A stretch of DNA of 64,000 bases from an uncultured Solirubrobacteraceae bacterium (GTDB lineage: Bacteria; Actinomycetota; Thermoleophilia; Solirubrobacterales; Solirubrobacteraceae), in NCBI GenBank assembly GCA_963838405.1, contig CAWIRA010000005.1:83071-147070 (forward strand). Reading direction: 5' to 3'. Both the position numbers and the translations under genes were made by a program. The notes under the pieces were generated by a model. That model worked only from the letters and a program-made list of their open reading frames with translations, made no database searches and had not been told where the DNA came from. Shown piece after piece: positions 54,944 to 63,600 of this stretch (within the stretch, counting starts at the first letter, position 1; every line of letters starts with the position of its first letter).

Positions 54944-55657
54944 GTGGAGCCCTTCCCTACCGGAGCGGAGGCAGCGGAGCTGCCACTGGAAGCCCTCGCT
55001 CTGAGGCTGCTCGCCCACATCGCTTCGGACGGCCGTACAGCCCAGCGACCGCTGTACGTCAACCGGGACATGCTGCAGAAGTACGTGGGCGACGCCGACA
55101 TGTTCGGGTACGAGCGTGCAATGCAGGAAGCATGGGATTGGCTCCGCGTGAACGCGCTGCTGAGTCTCGCCGACCCAAAACAGCAGGGCAGCGACTTCGC
55201 GTTCGTCACCCGCCTCGGCGTAGCCGCCCTCGCCGACGGCGGCATGGCCCGGATGGCCGCGCAGCGCCGTCTCGATGTCGACCTGCATCCGTCGATCGCG
55301 GGGCGTGTGCGTCAGCAGTTCGTGGTCGGCGAGTTCGAGCTCGCGGCCATCGCCGCGCTGCGCGAGGTCGAAATCCGCGTGCGCGAGCTGGCCGGTGCGT
55401 CAGAGTCCGACATCGGAGTGAGGTTGATCGGCGAGGCGTTCAAGGCCGGTGGAGCGCTCCATGACACGAGCTTGGACAAGGGCGAGAGCGAGGCGATTAT
55501 GGCGCTGTTTCGCGGCGCTATCGGCGTGTTCAAGAACCCGAGCAGCCACCGCCAAGTCGAGTTTGACGACCCCACAGAAGCAAGCGAGGTCATCCTTCTC
55601 GCCGACCTCCTGCTCCGAATGCTGGACCGCATAGAACGTCGGAAATCAGGCGCGTAG
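54944..55657 (+). CDS. TIGR02391 (Ymh-like, HEPN-related) family protein
   Basis: LHPSI...EFELAA..A.REVE.RVR, LFRGAIG.FKNPSSH, EVILLADLLLR; -10 TAGCGT 8 nt before GTG. Confidence 0.82.
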   Translation: MEPFPTGAEAAELPLEALALRLLAHIASDGRTAQRPLYVNRDMLQKYVGDADMFGYERAMQEAWDWLRVNALLSLADPKQQGSDFAFVTRLGVAALADGGMARMAAQRRLDVDLHPSIAGRVRQQFVVGEFELAAIAALREVEIRVRELAGASESDIGVRLIGEAFKAGGALHDTSLDKGESEAIMALFRGAIGVFKNPSSHRQVEFDDPTEASEVILLADLLLRMLDRIERRKSGA

Positions 55658-55856
55658 CGCCAGCCCGCTCGCGGTCCGCTGGGTGCGTCTCGTCGTGGTG
55701 TGTCGGCCGATACCGCGGCGACTCGCCACCGCGATCCGGTGCGCCAACTCGAGGACGCTATCCACGACGTCCACCTAACGGGCGTCAGGCGGCACCGAGT
55801 GTTCGAGTTCAGTCTCCTTGCGTTTGCCCGGTGCCGGGCGTGTCTTGTCTCATGTT

Positions 55857-55944
55857 CGCCGCTGCCGGTCTGGCGCTTCAACCCCCGCGAGGGGGGTTCC
55901 CCTCGTCCCTTCGGTCCTTCGGTTCCGCTCGCCGGTCAGCGGCG
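55857..55944 (+). promoter_or_regulatory. Structured leader upstream of ssb
   Basis: CGCCGCTG-CCGG/CCGG-T-CAGCGGCG outer stem enclosing an AACCCCC-GCGA-GGGGGGTT hairpin. Confidence 0.5.
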
Positions 55945-55990
55945 TTCTTCGACTGCGTCACTAGCACCAACCAATCGAAGGAGAACGACG

Positions 55991-56359
55991 ATGAACATCA
56001 ACAAGGTCATCTGCACGGGCCGTCTGACGAAGGACCCGGGGCTGCGGAGCGTCTCGGAGGAGATGAAGGTCTGCCAGCTGCGTCTGGCGGTCGACGGGAT
56101 GGGCCGCGGCCGTGAGGTCGGCTACATCAACGTGGCGGTCTTTGGCAAGGCCGGAGAGGCCGCGAACCAGTACCTCTCGAAGGGCTGGCTGGTCGCGGTG
56201 GACGGCCGGCTGGAGTACGGCGAGTGGGACAGCGAGGGAACCAAACGCCACGACTACAGCGTCGTGGGGAACGTCGAGTTCCTGACCGCCCCTAAACCGG
56301 CGGAGGAGCCGGAGTCGGCGAAGGCGGGCCGTAACGGCAGGAAGGCGGTCGCGGCGTAG
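55991..56359 (+). CDS. ssb: Single-stranded DNA-binding protein (mobile-element type)
   Basis: NKVICTGRLTKDP, INVAVFG, YLSKGWLVAVDGRL; RBS AAGGAG; lacks the acidic DDDIPF tail. Confidence 0.92.
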   Translation: MNINKVICTGRLTKDPGLRSVSEEMKVCQLRLAVDGMGRGREVGYINVAVFGKAGEAANQYLSKGWLVAVDGRLEYGEWDSEGTKRHDYSVVGNVEFLTAPKPAEEPESAKAGRNGRKAVAA

Positions 56360-56367
56360 CGGTTTTG

Positions 56368-56397
56368 GGCCCGCGCCCGGGAGGCCGGGTGCGGGCC
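56368..56397 (+). terminator. Hairpin after ssb
   Basis: GGCCCGCGCCCGG-GAGG-CCGGGTGCGGGCC. Confidence 0.6.
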
Positions 56398-56481
56398 GTC
56401 ACGGTCTGAATACCGTGACCTCCCGCCGCGCAGTCTCGACCTTACTATCATGCTAATACTGGATTCGCTATAATCATGCCT

Positions 56482-57237
56482 ATGCGAAGTGCCGATTTGT
56501 TGGTTGCCGGCCGTCGTCGTGCGGGGCTCTCCCAGGAGCAACTCGCGGAGCGCCTCGGCCGCGCTCAGTCCACGATCGCCAGGTGGGAGACCGGTGCTCA
56601 GCATCCGCCGCTTGAAAGCGTGCTCGATGCCCTCCATGCGTGCGGGTTGGATCTGTCGGTCGGGATGCCCCGCTACGACGATTCCTACGACTCGCTCATC
56701 GCCCAGCAGCTACACCGTGACCCCGCCGAGCGGGTGAGACATCTCACGCCCACGGGTTTTGACCCGATCGGAATGCTGGGCCATCTGGCGGAGCACGCGC
56801 GGTTCGTGGTGATCGGCGGTGTCGCGGGCGCTCTGAATGGCTGGCCGGTCGTGCTCGGCGCCCGAACCCTCGAGGTGGTGCCGGCGGACCTGTCGATGCG
56901 ACGCATCGACGCTGCAATGCGCCGTCTTGGTGGCGAACCCGGGCAGGATGCGCCGGATGGCTCGCGGCGCTGGGTGCTGGCGAGCGGCGCCGAGCTTCAC
57001 GCCACGCCCGTCCCGCCCGGCACACGCGGCTACAACGACCTTCGGAGGGACGCGCAGCGCGTTCAGATCGCGTCGGCCGCGTCGGTCAGGGTGTGCTCGC
57101 TGCTCGATCTGATCCGAATCGCGGAGGCCTCGCCGGACCCCGACGCGCGGATGTTCGTCTCGGCGTTGTGGGCCACGCTCGAGCGTAGCCGGCGCTATGA
57201 CACGGAAACTCCGGAGGGCGAGCATGCCCAGCGGTGA
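56482..57237 (+). CDS. XRE-HTH fused to a degenerate nucleotidyltransferase-like domain
   Basis: RRRAGLSQEQLAERLGRAQSTIARWETG; FVVIGGVAG without the following DxD; PPGTRGYNDL; -10 TATAAT 7 nt before ATG. Confidence 0.8.
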   Translation: MRSADLLVAGRRRAGLSQEQLAERLGRAQSTIARWETGAQHPPLESVLDALHACGLDLSVGMPRYDDSYDSLIAQQLHRDPAERVRHLTPTGFDPIGMLGHLAEHARFVVIGGVAGALNGWPVVLGARTLEVVPADLSMRRIDAAMRRLGGEPGQDAPDGSRRWVLASGAELHATPVPPGTRGYNDLRRDAQRVQIASAASVRVCSLLDLIRIAEASPDPDARMFVSALWATLERSRRYDTETPEGEHAQR

Positions 57238-57824
57238 GCGCTCCGAGCCGGGCCGTGAAGCGATCCTTCGCGCGCTCGAGTCCCACGATGTGCTCTATGT
57301 CGTTATCGGCGGAGCGGCGGCGCAGTCCCGCGGCTGGCCCGAGCGCACGGACGACCTGGACGTGACCCCCGAGCCCTCGCCGGGAAACCTCTCGCGCCTT
57401 GCGGCAGCGGTCGAAGAAGCTCGATGGCGGCTTCCGCGTGGATGAGCGACGCTACCCGGACGGGTTCCGCCCGCCGGGCGGGATCGACGCGCGCACGTTT
57501 CGCGGCCAGATCTGTGTGGCGTTCACGACCCGCCACGGCAACTTCGACGTGGTCCTACTCCCGGATGGCACCCGAGGGTATGAGGAGATCGTTCAGAGCG
57601 CGACCCCCGAGCGGATGGCGGGCACCCACATCGTGGTGCCCGTGGCATCGGCTGAGACGATCCTTCACTCCAAGGCCACCGCCAACCGCCAGAAGGACCG
57701 GGACACCCTTCACCGGATGCGCGAGATGCTCAACCCGCTCTCGCCACAAGCGGCACAGGAACCCTGGTCTCCGCGCGACGGTCGTGAGCGCCCCGGTGGT
57801 GGACAAGAGCCACCCGAGCGTTAG
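57224..57824 (+). pseudogene. Nucleotidyltransferase-fold protein split by one extra base near 57413-57419
   Basis: YVVIGGAAA..G..ERTDDLD in frame 1; LDGG...DVV..PDGTRGYEE...SK..ANRQKD in the +1 frame; genuine pseudogene or assembly error. Confidence 0.75.
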
Positions 57825-57889
57825 CAAAACGCACGGCGGCTCGCGCCCGGTGCGCTATGCGGCCCGCATATGCATGCGCTGCTTCTTGA

Positions 57890-58513
57890 TTACCGCACCC
57901 TCGTGAGCGGGTTCTGACCAGTTCCGGGAGACTGGATCATCGCCAGGACGATTCGTTCGGCCTCGTCGCGGGCGAGGTGCATGTCGTGACGTAGGAGTTT
58001 CCAGACGAGCAGGTCGGTTGCGATGACGATCGCGGTGAGGCGCTGCTTCCTGGAGGGTGCGCGCTGACCGGCGAGCAGCGGCTTGAACGTCCTCGCTGCC
58101 CAGTCGTGGTGGTAGAGGCGACCGGCATCGGTCATCTGGCGGATCGCGGGGATTCGCTCCTCCTGGGCGAGCATCCGAAGGATCGCGCTTCCGTGGGCCT
58201 CGTAGGCGTCATAGAGGATCCTGACCGCGCCAGCCGCATCTCCGACCGGTGCGCTCTCGCGTTGGGTGATCGTCTGCTCGCCCCACCACAGGAACGCGGC
58301 GCTGAGCAGCTGCTCCTTGGAGCCGAAGGAGGTGTGGAGTGTCGCGGGCGTGACCGACGCCGCGGCGGCGATGTCCGTTAGCCGAACGTCCTCGTAGGGA
58401 CGGGTCGCGAAGTGCTGCCATGCGGCGGCGAGCAGCCGCTCTCGTGTCGCTGCCGCGGCTTCCGCGCGCGTCGACATCCGGTAGGTCCGCTTCTTCGTTG
58501 AGCTATCCGACAT
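57890..58513 (-). CDS. TetR family regulator
   Basis: TRERLL.AA..HF...DVRLTDIAAAASVTPATL..FGSKEQL; ATG 58513. Confidence 0.92.
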   Translation of the reverse strand: MSDSSTKKRTYRMSTRAEAAAATRERLLAAAWQHFATRPYEDVRLTDIAAAASVTPATLHTSFGSKEQLLSAAFLWWGEQTITQRESAPVGDAAGAVRILYDAYEAHGSAILRMLAQEERIPAIRQMTDAGRLYHHDWAARTFKPLLAGQRAPSRKQRLTAIVIATDLLVWKLLRHDMHLARDEAERIVLAMIQSPGTGQNPLTRVR

Positions 58514-58527
58514 ATTGATTGGAGAAC

Positions 58528-58537
58528 GACTATAGTC
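58528..58537. promoter_or_regulatory. Palindromic operator between tetR and the glycosyltransferase
   Basis: GACTATAGTC containing -10-like TATAGT. Confidence 0.55.
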
Positions 58538-58539
58538 AA

Positions 58540-59848
58540 ATGATCTTGCGTGTCTTCCAGACACTCCTGGCGTTCTCGGGTAACGCGCCGCCACAGCTTG
58601 CAGTCACGCGCCGCCTGGTCGAGCACGGTCACGAGGTGCGGGTTCTCGCGCACCGTGCTGCCCGACCGCGGATCGAACGCACGGGCGCCGAGTTCGTTGA
58701 GTTCAAGCGCACCGTTCCCGACATGGACATCACGCGACGCGAAAGCGACACGATCCGTGATTGGGAGGCCGGTACGCGTGTCGGCGCCGGCATCCGCTTG
58801 CTGAAGCATGGCCTGTTCGCGTTCGTGCTCCCCACGGCCCGCGACTGCGCCGAGGCGCTGGAGGCGTGGCCTGCCGACGTAGTCCTGTTTGACTGGATGT
58901 TCAGCGGCGCCGGGGTTGCCGCCGAGGCAGCTGGCTTGCCTTCCGTCGCGCTCGTGCACTGCCCGTATCCGCTGCCTGTCGATGGAGCGCCGCCTCTCTT
59001 CACGGGCCAGCGGCCGATCGGGAACCGGTTCGGCGGCGCTCGCGACAGGGCGCTGAACGGCACCGCCAGACGTTTCCTCGCGGCCGGCCTGCCCATCCTG
59101 AACAAGGCACGGGCCGAGCAGGACCTCGGACCTCTCGAGGAGTGGTCCGCGCAGCTGCTCCGCTCGGATGCGCTCTGCGTGATGACCGCACCAGAGGCTC
59201 GACTTCTCAAGCCGCGCCAGGCTCCCGGCGAACGTGTACTACGTCGGGCCCGCGTTTGAGCCTCATACAGCGGAGTGGAGCTCGCCGTGGTCTGAGGGAA
59301 ACACCGACCCGCTCGTCTTGGTCAGCTTCAGCACCAGCTACATGAACCAGCGAGCGCTCGCGCAGCGCGTCCTCGACGCCATCGGGCCGCTGCCAGTCCG
59401 GGCTCTACTGACAGCCGGGCCCGCGCTCGATACGGGGGGCCTGCGCGTGCCCGAGAACACCCGGGCCGTCGAATTCGTGGCGCACCGTACGGTCCTTCCG
59501 TATGCCTCGCTGGTCATCACGCACGCTGGGTGGCAGACGGTCAACGCGGCGCTCGCCGACGCGGTGCCGCTGCTCTGCATTCCCGACGGTCGCGACCAGC
59601 CAGACAACGCCGCGCGTGTCCTCGCGTGCGGCGCTGGCATCCGCCTCAGCAAGCGCGCATCCCTCCGCAAGCTGCGCGAGGCGATAACGAAAGCGCTCGA
59701 AGATCCGGGACTGAAGCACGCCGCGAGCGCAGCGGCAGCTGCTCTCGCCCGCAGCGATGGTGCCGTTACCGTCGTTGGGATGCTCGAGCGACTCTCGCAA
59801 CATCCTGCCCGTGTCCAGCCGCCGCGGCTCTCACCGGGAACCGGATGA
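58540..59848 (+). pseudogene. Family 1 (MGT/UGT-like) glycosyltransferase split by one extra G at 59196-59197
   Basis: GNAPPQ N-terminus; removing one G gives PELDFSSRARLPANVYYVGP; ITHAGWQT, IPDGRDQPDNA; probably intact if the indel is an artefact. Confidence 0.82.
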
Positions 59849-59888
59849 CGTCCGGCGCCAAGCGCGACCGCCATCGAGGGAAGATCGG

Positions 59889-61022
59889 CTATTGGCCCAT
59901 CGCGAGCGCCGCCGCCCTCGTGGCGCTGTTGTAGCTGACCTCGGAGAGCAGGCCCGGGGCGGCAACGGCATCTCCTGTCAGGTAGACGCCGTCGCCCTGA
60001 TCGATCGCTGGCCTGTCTTGCCATGTCTCGCCCGGGAGGTCGATCGCGCCGCTTGCGCTCTCGGCGAGGCTCCTGCGTCGCCAGGTCTCGCGTGTTCGCC
60101 AGCCCGGGAAGCCGGCATCGATGACCGCCTCTATCCGGTGGGTCGCCTGCTCGACGGTCTCGTCCGGTCGCAGGCCGGCGCTGCTCTGGATTAGATCCTC
60201 GCCGGTGGGAGCGACGGTGGGGTCAGGGCCACTCGTCCGCGTGACGTAGAGGCGCTCGGTGAGGTCGATGAGCGCGCGCGGCGAGCGCCCGTCCTTGCTT
60301 ACAGCGACGTCGAGCAGGACGACGCGAGACCCCTCGCCGTCAAGTCGTCGATCGGGGAGCAGTTTGCGAGCGGCGCCGAGCGGAACCGCGAGGATCACGG
60401 GCCGCTCGGGAAGCTCGGTGACGCGAGAGCTCGTCTCGATCTGCACACCAAGCTCGCCTCCGCGCACCGCCAGGCTGTCGATCAGAGCGTTCCAGCCGCC
60501 GATCACATAGCGGACCTTGCTGCCTTGATAGATGAGCCGTTTGAAGCGCTCCTGGCAGAACGCGGCCGATAGCTGCCCGGGGTCATGGTGGAAGGTGGGG
60601 AGCGAGAGCAACCCGATTGCGGCCTCGACGGCCTGTGTCCCAGCTCGTTCGCCCGCCCAGGTGCGGTAGTCGAGATCCGCGGGTGCGGTGGCCCGTAGCC
60701 GAAGCGCGGCGGTGATGAGCGAACGTGGCACGCGCCGCATCTCGCCGTCGACACGCACCCGGATAGTCGTGACGTTCGGGCGCGCGAGCGGGGGAAGGAG
60801 CTTCTCTTTGCGCAGCCACGCGTAGAAAGGGCCATCTCCGTAGAGGGCGTGCGGTCCAAAGTTTGCGAGGTACGGACCGTCGGCGCTGCGCGCGCGTCCG
60901 CCGAGCTTACCGGTCGCCTCGTGCAGTTGGACCTGTTCGCCGTCCTGGACGCATCGGATCGCCGCGACGAGCCCCGCGATACCGCCGCCGACGATCGTCA
61001 CCTGACGCCCTGAGCTACCCAC
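59889..61022 (-). CDS. FAD-dependent oxidoreductase (phytoene-desaturase/amine-oxidase-like)
   Basis: IVGGGIAGL, EATGKLGGRARS, NFGPHALY, VYLTGD. Confidence 0.85.
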   Translation of the reverse strand: MGSSGRQVTIVGGGIAGLVAAIRCVQDGEQVQLHEATGKLGGRARSADGPYLANFGPHALYGDGPFYAWLRKEKLLPPLARPNVTTIRVRVDGEMRRVPRSLITAALRLRATAPADLDYRTWAGERAGTQAVEAAIGLLSLPTFHHDPGQLSAAFCQERFKRLIYQGSKVRYVIGGWNALIDSLAVRGGELGVQIETSSRVTELPERPVILAVPLGAARKLLPDRRLDGEGSRVVLLDVAVSKDGRSPRALIDLTERLYVTRTSGPDPTVAPTGEDLIQSSAGLRPDETVEQATHRIEAVIDAGFPGWRTRETWRRRSLAESASGAIDLPGETWQDRPAIDQGDGVYLTGDAVAAPGLLSEVSYNSATRAAALAMGQ

Positions 61023-61049
61023 GTGTCGTCTCCTATCCGCTAGCTATAC

Positions 61050-61063
61050 TTACCGGTAGGTAA
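61050..61063. promoter_or_regulatory. TetR-type operator
   Basis: TTACC-GGTA-GGTAA between divergent genes. Confidence 0.65.
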
Positions 61064-61069
61064 ATTAGC

Positions 61070-61717
61070 ATGATGCCGCAAACACCGGCAGCCGCGCTAG
61101 CGCGGCGGCCTCGTCTCAGCAGTGGGCAGCGCCGCGAGGTCATTCTCGAGAGCGCTGCGCGGGTGTTCGCCGAGCGTGGCTACCACGCCGCCTCGATCTC
61201 CCAGATCGCGCGGGCCGCCGGGATCACCAAGCCCGTGATCTACCATCACTTCGCCTCGAAGCAGGAGCTCCACGGCGCCGTCTTTGAGCACTACGCAACC
61301 GAGTTGCTCTCCGTCGCAGCAGTCCACGGACAGGAAGGCTCCCCGCGGGAGCGCTTTCATGACCTCGTGAGCGGCATGTTCGCCTTCGCTCACTCAAAGC
61401 CGCATATCTGGCAGCTCCTGCTCGGGGACTCCACAGACCCAGAGACCGCCGTTCTCCAGCAGCGGCTGCGTGATCTCGGCACCAGCGCGTCCGCGCAGCG
61501 TCTGCTCGCCGAGCCGACCTTCCGACCCGGACCGAGCCTAAGCCGGCGTAGGGCCGCGGAAGTCATCGCCGAGCTGACGCGCTCAGCCGTCGATGGTCTC
61601 GTCACGTGGTCGTTGCGGCATCCGAACGTCTCGCGTGCGGCGCTCGTTGACTCAGCAGTCGATCTGCTGTGGCCCGGACTGCTCGTTACCACGGCCGACG
61701 GGCCGGCCGCGTCCTAG
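61070..61717 (+). CDS. TetR family regulator
   Basis: ILESAARVFAERGY..ASISQIARAAGITKPVIYHHF.SK. Confidence 0.94.
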   Translation: MMPQTPAAALARRPRLSSGQRREVILESAARVFAERGYHAASISQIARAAGITKPVIYHHFASKQELHGAVFEHYATELLSVAAVHGQEGSPRERFHDLVSGMFAFAHSKPHIWQLLLGDSTDPETAVLQQRLRDLGTSASAQRLLAEPTFRPGPSLSRRRAAEVIAELTRSAVDGLVTWSLRHPNVSRAALVDSAVDLLWPGLLVTTADGPAAS

Positions 61718-61736
61718 CCGTCCGTCGGCCTCGGGT

Positions 61737-62855
61737 TCAGGTCCTCGCTGGCACTAGGCGGGGCGGGGCGTGGCGGCGCATCAGGTGCTCCATGACCGGC
61801 CGCTGGAGCGTCTCCGGGCTGAGGAGCATCATCAGGTCCCGCGGCACGGTGAGCGTTGAGAGCGCCAGGCGTGCGAAACGCGATGACTCTCGCTGGAACA
61901 TCAGTGCCCGCCGTCGGCGCGCCCTCGCGTATCCGGCGAGCGCGGCGGACATCTCATCGCCCGTGCGCAACGCGCCCAGCAGCGCTTCCGCGTCCTCGAT
62001 GGCCTGGGCTGCGCCCTGTCCGAGGTTGGGCTCCATTGCGTGGGCGGCATCGCCGAGCAGCCCGGTCGTCCCGCGCGTCCATGTCGAGAGGGCTTCGAGA
62101 CGCAGGATGCGGTTCACGAGCAGGGTCTCAGGTGGCGTGGCGGCGAGCTGGGCGGGGAACGGTTCGGGCCAGCGCTCCGCGGTGACGGCGGCGAGCGGGT
62201 CCTCGGCGTCCACATGCTGGCTGCGGGTCTCATAGAACCAGTAGGAGCGTCCGGCGGGCAGGGCCGCTCCACCGATGATCTCTCCGTGGCCCCAGGTCTC
62301 AAACGCCTCGCCCGCTCCGATGTCATGGTCGGCGATTCCACGCACGACCGTGTAGCCGCTGTCGAGTGGACTGGCGCCGGGGCAGACGTAGTCACGGACG
62401 ACCGAGCCGATGCCGTCTGCGCCGATCACCGCGTCGCCGTCGACCCGCTCGCCGTCGGTGAGCGTCACGCCACGCGAGTCCACGTCACTCACCGCAGCAT
62501 CGCAGTGCACCGTCAGCCCCTCTGCCAGAACCTCGTGAAGGGCGGGGCGCTCGATGAGCAGCATCGGAGCGCCCGCGCGGCGGCCGAGCGACTCGACATC
62601 GACGTGCGACAGGGTGCGCCCGTTGGCGTTACGGAAGGTGGTGTGTCGGGCGGACATGGCGAGGTCACGAACAGACTGCCCGAGACCGAGCGCGTCGAGC
62701 GCGTGCACCGCGTTGGGCCAGAGCAGCAGCCCCGCGCCGACTGTAGCGCCGCCCGACGAGCGCTCGAGCACAACCGGCTCGTGGCCGGCCAGAGCGACCG
62801 CGCGCGCCGCACAGAGGCCGCCGATACCAGCGCCGACGATGATGACGCGCCTCAC
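61737..62855 (-). CDS. FAD-dependent monooxygenase (salicylate-hydroxylase-like)
   Basis: IIVGAGIGG, IGADGIGS, GDAAHAMEPNLGQGAAQAIED; GTG 62855. Confidence 0.92.
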   Translation of the reverse strand: MRRVIIVGAGIGGLCAARAVALAGHEPVVLERSSGGATVGAGLLLWPNAVHALDALGLGQSVRDLAMSARHTTFRNANGRTLSHVDVESLGRRAGAPMLLIERPALHEVLAEGLTVHCDAAVSDVDSRGVTLTDGERVDGDAVIGADGIGSVVRDYVCPGASPLDSGYTVVRGIADHDIGAGEAFETWGHGEIIGGAALPAGRSYWFYETRSQHVDAEDPLAAVTAERWPEPFPAQLAATPPETLLVNRILRLEALSTWTRGTTGLLGDAAHAMEPNLGQGAAQAIEDAEALLGALRTGDEMSAALAGYARARRRRALMFQRESSRFARLALSTLTVPRDLMMLLSPETLQRPVMEHLMRRHAPPRLVPART

Positions 62856-62956
62856 AACAGGGCAACCCGCCGGCAAACACACCGAGCCTCAGACACCACG
62901 TTGCGGCGCGAGCTCGAGGTGACGATCGCTCCCTCGTAGTCGTGGTCATCGCTCAT
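62852..62956 (-). CDS. Candidate 34-aa bridging micro-ORF
   Basis: ATGA overlap with the methyltransferase stop and GTGA overlap with the monooxygenase start. Confidence 0.3.
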   Translation of the reverse strand: MSDDHDYEGAIVTSSSRRNVVSEARCVCRRVALL

Positions 62957-63600
62957 GTCTTCTGCACCGTGCAGATGAAATACAGCCCGAGTTGAAACCG
63001 CTCGGTTCTCACCGTCGCGGTGAGGCGTCGGAGGTCTTGCCACGGCCGCGAATAGGGGTCACCTGGAAAGACTGTCGCGACCAGCTCGGCGGGGCGGCGC
63101 AGGATTCGCATCGAGCCTGCGTCGGGAATGCCCGCGTCCATGATCACGAGGCGCCCACCCGGCCGCACTGCTTCCCACGCGCGGTCAAGCGCGCCTTCAC
63201 GGTCCGGGATGACCGAGTAGCTGAGCGAGAAATACGCCACGTCAACGGGCTCACTGAGCGCGAGCTGGGCGGCATCAGCCCGTAGGAGCGTGATATTCGA
63301 CCATCCGTGACGGTGGATGAGACGCTGGGCCTCCTCCAGCATCGCTGGCGTCGCGTCGACCCCGATCACCCGCCCGCGGTCTCCCACGGCGTCTCGAAGT
63401 AGCTTGAGGTTTCGGCCCGTCCCGCATCCGACCTCGAGGACGCGCTGGCCCGCCTGGAGGCCAAGCCGGCGCACCGCGCGGCGGCGAAAACCCGGGGCGA
63501 GCAGGATCGTCCACTCGAGGTAGCGGTACCACCGCGCGAAGCGGCTGTAACGCGCGATGACCCTCTCCAGGGGCTGACGCTCGAAGGTCGCTGACGTCAC
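62953..63600 (-). CDS. Class I SAM-dependent methyltransferase
   Basis: VLEVGCGTG, IGVDAT, ADAA, RPGGRLVIMD; start GTG 63600 or 63612, or ATG 63662 if frameshifted. Confidence 0.9.
   Translation of the reverse strand: MTSATFERQPLERVIARYSRFARWYRYLEWTILLAPGFRRRAVRRLGLQAGQRVLEVGCGTGRNLKLLRDAVGDRGRVIGVDATPAMLEEAQRLIHRHGWSNITLLRADAAQLALSEPVDVAYFSLSYSVIPDREGALDRAWEAVRPGGRLVIMDAGIPDAGSMRILRRPAELVATVFPGDPYSRPWQDLRRLTATVRTERFQLGLYFICTVQKT

Noticed and set aside
53797-55245. 714-aa ORF suggesting a large hydrolase fusion
   Set aside because: It is antisense to GST, att and TIGR02391; the real start has a clear RBS at 53796
57411-57420. Programmed frameshift at GAAGAAG
   Set aside because: A +1 shift is required, GAA to AAG re-pairing is non-cognate, and no stimulatory element is evident
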